From Phycisphaerae bacterium (lineage in GTDB: Bacteria > Planctomycetota > Phycisphaerae > UBA1845 > Fen-1342), in assembly GCA_963675745.2 (NCBI GenBank), contig CAXXWX010000019.1:192001-256000 (forward strand): DNA of 64,000 nucleotides, written 5' to 3'. Each line of letters begins with the position of its first letter. Position 1 is the stretch's first letter. The translations under genes and the position numbers were made by a program. Under the pieces are notes generated by a model. That model made no database searches. It was not told where the DNA came from and saw nothing but the letters and a program-made list of their open reading frames with translations. Of the stretch, positions 58,908-64,000 are shown piece after piece.

Positions 58908-59969
58908 TTGCTGGCTTGGTCGGTGATTAACGCATTGGCCCGAAACTGGGCCATCGTTGCCATCGCCACGACGATCATCACACTCGTCGTGGTGCCGGTG
59001 CTGATCCTCCTGAAATACGTGCGCATCTCGCTGAACATCATGCGCACCACAAAGCCCCCCCTATCCCGCAATCCGCTGGATTTCACCCGGCTGAGCGGCG
59101 AATCCGTCAACTTCCCCGCCTATGACGGGCTGCCGCTCGAAGGCATGCTGGTCCGAGCCGATGACGCCGTCGAGCGGCGCGGCATGATCGTATTTGCACA
59201 TGAGTTCTGTTCGGACATGTACTCCTGCGCGCGTTATTGTCGGCCCCTGCGCGACCTCGGGTACGACGTGTTTGCGTTCGACTTCCGCGCGCACGGCCAG
59301 TCAGAGTGCCCACCCGACTACACCCCGCGCCAATGGGCCAGTGATCGTGAGCTCGATGACATGCGCGGCGCGATTGCATTCATCCAGACCTGGCTGGAAG
59401 AACGCGGATATTCACGCGAAGTGGGCGTGGTCGGCGTCTCGCGCGGCGCGTGCGCCGCCTTGTTGGTAGCCGAGGAAAACCCGGACATTCGCGTGATCTG
59501 GGCCGACGGCGCTTTCAGCACCGATACTACCATCGAATATTTCATGAAGCGTTGGGCGTACATCTTCGCCAAGGTGCGCGTGGTATACGAAAACCATCCG
59601 CCGGTGTTTTGGCGCTTCCTGCGCTGGTCGATGATGGTGTTCGCACGGCGAGAATTCGGGTGCCGCTTCCCGTCGGTACGCAAGGCGATCAAGCGCATGT
59701 CGCCGCGGCCGATCTTTTTCGTCCACGGGGAGAAAGACTCGTACCTTCCGGTGGAGCAAAGCCGGCGTCTGTACGCCCTGGCGGGTCAGCCCAAACACCT
59801 GTGGCTGGCGCCGGGAGCACGGCACAATCAGGCGTGCCTGCTGCACCCTGAGCGTTATGCCGAGCTGTCCAGCGCGTTCTTCGACCGCCATCTTGCTAAA
59901 ATACACCCTGCGGCCCCCGAGCGCGAGTTCACGCCGCCGGCGGTGGCGTCGGTTCCCTCGTCCGCTTGA
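58908..59969 (+). CDS. Membrane-anchored alpha/beta hydrolase
   Basis: N-terminal TM; FDFRAHGQS, GVSRGA nucleophile, VHGEKD, GARHN. Confidence 0.85.
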   Translation: MLAWSVINALARNWAIVAIATTIITLVVVPVLILLKYVRISLNIMRTTKPPLSRNPLDFTRLSGESVNFPAYDGLPLEGMLVRADDAVERRGMIVFAHEFCSDMYSCARYCRPLRDLGYDVFAFDFRAHGQSECPPDYTPRQWASDRELDDMRGAIAFIQTWLEERGYSREVGVVGVSRGACAALLVAEENPDIRVIWADGAFSTDTTIEYFMKRWAYIFAKVRVVYENHPPVFWRFLRWSMMVFARREFGCRFPSVRKAIKRMSPRPIFFVHGEKDSYLPVEQSRRLYALAGQPKHLWLAPGARHNQACLLHPERYAELSSAFFDRHLAKIHPAAPEREFTPPAVASVPSSA

Positions 59970-59988
59970 GCGGCACCACGGTTGCACG

Positions 59989-61659
59989 ATGGCCAACCTT
60001 CTCGAAAAACTGGCGGCCCGCCTGGCGTTTCTGCACGCCGATCGTGTGCATCGGGGCTTTCTTGCCGCTCTGCAAGACGTGGAATGCGCGCAAACCCGCG
60101 CGCTGGAAACAGCGTTGGCGCAGGTTGCGCGCAGCGACTTCGGCCGCCAACACCGCCTGGCTGCCGTGCGTACGATTGATGACCTGCGTCAAGCGTTGCC
60201 GATCCAAACGTACGAGGATTATCGGCCCCATATCGAGCGCGTCGCGAATGGGGACACCGGGGCCCTCTTTTCACCTGGCCAGCAGATCCTCATGTTCGCA
60301 ACCAGCAGCGGAACGACCGCCAAGCGAAAGCTCGTCCCCGTCACGCCGCGATTTGTCAAAGACTATAGGCGTGGTTGGCATGTGTTCGGGCTAAAGCTGC
60401 TGCGCGACCATCCGACGGCCGTTCTGCGCACGATTCTGCAATGCACCAGTCGGCATGATGAGGATCACACGCGCGCCGGGATTCCCATCGGGGCCATTAC
60501 GGGCCTGTTGGCTCGATCGCAGAAGCGAATCGTGCGCCGTTTTTACGCGGGCCGCCCCGAGCTCACCCACATCACCGACCCGCGCGCCCGCTACTACGCG
60601 TTGATGCGGTGCGCCATCGAGCGCGACGTGGGTTTCGCCGTTACCGCCAACCCCGCCACGCTGATTCGCCTCGCCCAGACGGCGGATGACGAGAGTGAGT
60701 GTCTTATACGAGATGTTCACGATGGGACGCTGTCAGCCGACATTGTCAGCGACGATGCACCGCGCATGGCCCTTCAGGAGCGCCTCAGGCCCAACTCGCG
60801 GCGTGCGGCCGAGCTTGAGGATCTTCGCCGAGAACACGCCCATCTGCGACCGCGTGATTATTGGCGCGTGTCCTTTGTATCGTGCTGGACGGGGGGCAGC
60901 ATGGGCCACTACCTGGGCCGCCTGGCCGACTGGTGGGGCGACGTGCCCGTACGCGACATCGGATTGCTGGCCAGTGAAGGGCGCGTCAGCATCCCATTCG
61001 ACGATGGCAGCCCCGCCGGCGTGCTGGATGTCACGGCGGCGTGCTTCGAGTTCATACCGATCGAGCAGGCCGAGGCGCAAGACCCGCCGGCGCTGAGCGC
61101 GCGCGAACTCGAAGTCGGTCGCAAGTACGTTGTCGTGCTCAGCAACACGACCGGGATGCTGCGCTACCGGCTTGACGATGTGGTGCGCGTGACCGGATTC
61201 CTGCACCAGGTCCCGGTGGTCGAGTTTCTCCATCGGGCTGGACGAGTGTCTTCGGTCGCCGGCGAGAAAATCACCGAAAACCAGTTGGTCTCGGCCGTAC
61301 GCCGGGCATGCGCGGATCTCGGAATAGGCGGTTTCGACTTCGTCGCCGCCCCCGTCTGGGATGAAGTGCCCTTCTACCGACTCAGTTGTCCGGTGGAAGA
61401 CACGCGGCTGGCCGCGGCGGTTGATCAGGCGCTGTCCGACGAGAACGAGGAATATTGCTCAAGGCGCAAGTCCGGTCGATTAGGTGGCTTACGGCTACGG
61501 CTGATCGACCGGGAACAGATCGCCGCGATGGATCGACGCTTCACGCAAGCGCATGGGGCGACGGCTGAGCAGTACAAGCGTCCCTGCCTGCATACCGAAC
61601 CGGGAGCCGACGACGCGGCTCTCGGCATACCTTCCGCGGCAGAAGCCGCGAGCAGATAA
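59989..61659 (+). CDS. GH3 (auxin-responsive promoter) family acyl-acid amido synthetase
   Basis: TYEDYRP, FATSSGTT, LASEG, FEFIP, GMLRYRLDD, GEKITE. Confidence 0.9.
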   Translation: MANLLEKLAARLAFLHADRVHRGFLAALQDVECAQTRALETALAQVARSDFGRQHRLAAVRTIDDLRQALPIQTYEDYRPHIERVANGDTGALFSPGQQILMFATSSGTTAKRKLVPVTPRFVKDYRRGWHVFGLKLLRDHPTAVLRTILQCTSRHDEDHTRAGIPIGAITGLLARSQKRIVRRFYAGRPELTHITDPRARYYALMRCAIERDVGFAVTANPATLIRLAQTADDESECLIRDVHDGTLSADIVSDDAPRMALQERLRPNSRRAAELEDLRREHAHLRPRDYWRVSFVSCWTGGSMGHYLGRLADWWGDVPVRDIGLLASEGRVSIPFDDGSPAGVLDVTAACFEFIPIEQAEAQDPPALSARELEVGRKYVVVLSNTTGMLRYRLDDVVRVTGFLHQVPVVEFLHRAGRVSSVAGEKITENQLVSAVRRACADLGIGGFDFVAAPVWDEVPFYRLSCPVEDTRLAAAVDQALSDENEEYCSRRKSGRLGGLRLRLIDREQIAAMDRRFTQAHGATAEQYKRPCLHTEPGADDAALGIPSAAEAASR

Positions 61660-61789
61660 CCACCCTCTTTTTACATAATTTTCATCACCAAGCGCCATTG
61701 ACTGCCACACCCCAGCAATTTAACATCTGGCCACAATCGCATGTCAAAATAGATAAAATAGAGCAGATATGGGTTTCTTTGTACGCTTC

Positions 61790-61817
61790 TAAAGTTAAGA
61801 TAGGTGTGTAACGATAT
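61790..61817 (+). promoter_or_regulatory. Putative sigma28-type promoter TAAA-N16-AACGATAT within an AT-rich intergenic island
   Basis: Resembles the TAAA-N15/16-GCCGATA(A/T) consensus; about 100 nt upstream of the FliA/WhiG gene. Confidence 0.45.
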
Positions 61818-61916
61818 AACCGATGTCACCTGATAAAACGCGCCGGGTCGCCATGGCAGGATCCACCCCTCACATCGCGCTGCCGCGACCTGCACAAAGC
61901 GAGGCAGGAGCAGATC

Positions 61917-62690
61917 ATGGAGCGAGGCAGTCGGAAGCGGGAAGCGATAACGGCGGTCTGGGATACTTACACACGCACTCGCTCTGATGAGGCCCGCAAC
62001 AAGCTCGTCGAGCACTACATGCCGATCGTCACTAAGCTGGCGGAAATCATGTCACGCCGACTTTGGCCCCGGGTATCAGCCGATGAGCTGGCCAGCGCCG
62101 GCTTCGACGGGCTGATAGCGGCTGTCGCGGCGTTCGATCGAGATCGGGGGGTCAAGTTCGAGACTTATTGCCGACAGCGCATTGTCGGTGCCATCCGCGA
62201 CTGGCAGCGTGAAATCGACCCGCTGGGACGCTCCGGGCGGAGCTTCGAGCGGACACTGCTGGCAACGGAAAGCCGCTTTCAGGCCGAACAGGGGCGTTTG
62301 CCGACCGTGTCCGAGCTTGCCGGCGCCATGGACATGCCTCTGGGCAAGTTCACCAAGATGAAACGAACCGTACTTGCATCGCACTGCGTGCCGTTGGAGA
62401 CGACGATGGACCGCCGCGAAGAGCACAGGGTGGGGTCATTAGTGCCGGCCGACCCTCGACCGGGACCTGCCCAACACACTGAGCGCGAGTTGATTCGGGA
62501 GCATCTGACCAGGGGGCTGAAAGAACAGGATCGGCTAGTCATCGTCTTGTATTACTACGAGCGCCTGACCATGGCGGAGATCGGCGCGGTGCTCGGCGTG
62601 AGCGAGTCGCGCGTCTGTCAACGTCACGCGGAGATCATCGAACAGTTGCGGGCGCGCTTCGGCAAGCAACCCTGCGACCTGGTGGCCTGA
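61917..62690 (+). CDS. RNA polymerase sigma factor, FliA/WhiG family
   Basis: RNKLVEHY, FDRDRGVKFETYC..RI.GAI.D..R..D, LYYYERLTMAEIG.VLGVSESRVCQ.H. Confidence 0.93.
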   Translation: MERGSRKREAITAVWDTYTRTRSDEARNKLVEHYMPIVTKLAEIMSRRLWPRVSADELASAGFDGLIAAVAAFDRDRGVKFETYCRQRIVGAIRDWQREIDPLGRSGRSFERTLLATESRFQAEQGRLPTVSELAGAMDMPLGKFTKMKRTVLASHCVPLETTMDRREEHRVGSLVPADPRPGPAQHTERELIREHLTRGLKEQDRLVIVLYYYERLTMAEIGAVLGVSESRVCQRHAEIIEQLRARFGKQPCDLVA

Positions 62691-62840
62691 GCAGCTCGCC
62701 TGAGAACAGACTGCCTCCCTTCCCCCTCGAGTCCGGGAGCCTCGCTGCAATGCATCGAGGCTCCCGCGATGTTTCGCCCCCATCCATTCCGACGAGCCGG
62801 CGCAGCACAAGTGTCTTCGCTGACGCGTCTGCGCAAGTTC

Positions 62841-63842
62841 TTAGTATTGAACGAGTTCGGCGCCGTCGATGACTCGGTCCCAGTCAAAGGCCGGGCCGGG
62901 ATCCACCTTGCCGCGCGTGATGTGCCAGTGACCCAAAAGCCCACTATACGCGGCCATCTCATCATCGCTCAGTACCGTCGTGCGCAGATTCCCATCCGCA
63001 TCACGCGGATAGTCCATCTCGATTCTGGGCAACACCGCGCACAGCGTGGCGGTCAGCTTGACGAGTGAATCGTACTGCGCGTCCGTCAGGTCGTATTGGC
63101 TCAGCTCACGTCCGTTGATCGTGCCCTGGACGATGTCGTTGCGGGCTGGGTACGCGACAAAACCGGGAGTGCGCACCCCGGGATCACCAATCCAAGCAGG
63201 ATAATTGACGTATGCGCGTCCTTCGTCGTCACGGGCATACCACTCATCCAGCGTCTTGGTGTCGCCATACGCCCCGATATTCGCGATCTCGACCCCGATA
63301 CTGCGATCGTTGGCACTGCCGGCGTGCCACGCGCGCTCCTTGAGATCGAGGGTTTGATAGATCGTGCCGTCCACGTCGAGCATGAAATGGACGCTCAGGC
63401 CGCGCATGTCCTGCAATACGCGAAAGCACCGCCGCGACGAGCCGCAGGCATCGTAGTGGATCACAAACAGGTCGACCCATTCCTGCAATCGCTCCAGGCT
63501 CCAGCCCGATTCCCGCACCTCCGCCAGCACCTCATCGGGCAAATGTCGCCGATACGTGCTGTAGCGAATTGGCTGCTTGCTGACCGGCTTGGTTGGGCTC
63601 TGCTGATCGCTGAAACGGCACTCGGCCCGGTAGGCGTCATAGCCTCCGGGGTCCATCCACAGCACGACAGGTGCCCCGGTGTGAAAAAGCTGCCCGCAGA
63701 CCACTATTTCATCGCCGAGACGCGTCACGGGGGCGCCTGGGTGGCCGTAGGGCCCCGGGGCAACGCAACCCGCGGTTGCGAGAAACAGAGCCAGCGCGCC
63801 AACTAATTGCCAGATCAACGCTCGATTGCCAGTCGTTTTCAT
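62841..63842 (-). CDS. N-acetylmuramoyl-L-alanine amidase (Amidase_2), lipoprotein
   Basis: Lipobox ATAGC; VIHYD, LSVHF, AWHAG..NDRSIGVEI, GHWH...KVDPG. Confidence 0.9.
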   Translation of the reverse strand: MKTTGNRALIWQLVGALALFLATAGCVAPGPYGHPGAPVTRLGDEIVVCGQLFHTGAPVVLWMDPGGYDAYRAECRFSDQQSPTKPVSKQPIRYSTYRRHLPDEVLAEVRESGWSLERLQEWVDLFVIHYDACGSSRRCFRVLQDMRGLSVHFMLDVDGTIYQTLDLKERAWHAGSANDRSIGVEIANIGAYGDTKTLDEWYARDDEGRAYVNYPAWIGDPGVRTPGFVAYPARNDIVQGTINGRELSQYDLTDAQYDSLVKLTATLCAVLPRIEMDYPRDADGNLRTTVLSDDEMAAYSGLLGHWHITRGKVDPGPAFDWDRVIDGAELVQY

Positions 63843-63885
63843 GGATTCTCCTGCTTGCGGAACACAACTACACCCCGCGCGGCTG

Positions 63886-64000
63886 TCAGGGTGATGGTTC
63901 GGATGGGGCCGTGGTCGGGTGTTGCGCGGCATCGCGGAGGGCGGCCCGCAGATTCTCGTGTTTCGGCAGATCCTCGAAGTCGAACAGCTTCATTTCTTCG
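63886..64000 (-). CDS. 3' end of an unidentified CDS entering from beyond the window
   Basis: Open frame EEMKLFDFEDLPKHENLRAALRDAAQHPTTAPSEPSP* with GC3-rich codons, ending just upstream of the amidase. Confidence 0.5.
   Translation of the reverse strand, partial: EEMKLFDFEDLPKHENLRAALRDAAQHPTTAPSEPSP

Noticed and set aside
62841..63842. Amidase as the endolysin of the capsid operon
   Set aside because: It is over 5 kb away, separated by host genes, and carries a lipoprotein signal; no direct evidence of linkage.

Overview
This is a GC-rich bacterial chromosomal segment. The gene content (two DUF1559-type prepilin/H-X9-DG proteins, DPN-repeat and dockerin-type secreted proteins, heptamer intergenic arrays) suggests Planctomycetota, probably Phycisphaerae; this is an inference. 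Most of it is ordinary metabolism and transport: the 3' part of putA, an FAD/Fe-S oxidoreductase, gdhA, a DtxR-family regulator with a ferritin-like gene, trmB, cysK-cysC, cmk-plsC, ABC/OPT/SSS transporters, ispF, a GH3 enzyme, a FliA/WhiG sigma factor and an amidase. The most striking feature is a compact, intact, tightly coupled ~7 kb minus-strand operon (50505-57480) encoding a Mu-like phage head only: portal, GNAT acetyltransferase, protease/scaffold, capsid cement, major capsid, gp36-like adaptor, a small beta protein, then holin-like and lipoprotein genes. No terminase, tail, transposase/integrase, repressor or replication gene is visible. It sits among host genes and contains host-type heptamer repeats, so it is a candidate domesticated capsid system (split GTA or portal-bearing nanocompartment). 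A second highlight is a RuBisCO-like protein fused to a cupin, a candidate single-chain MTA-isoprenoid shunt enzyme. No rRNA, tRNA or CRISPR array was recognised. All family calls come from motif recognition by eye, not from database searches.
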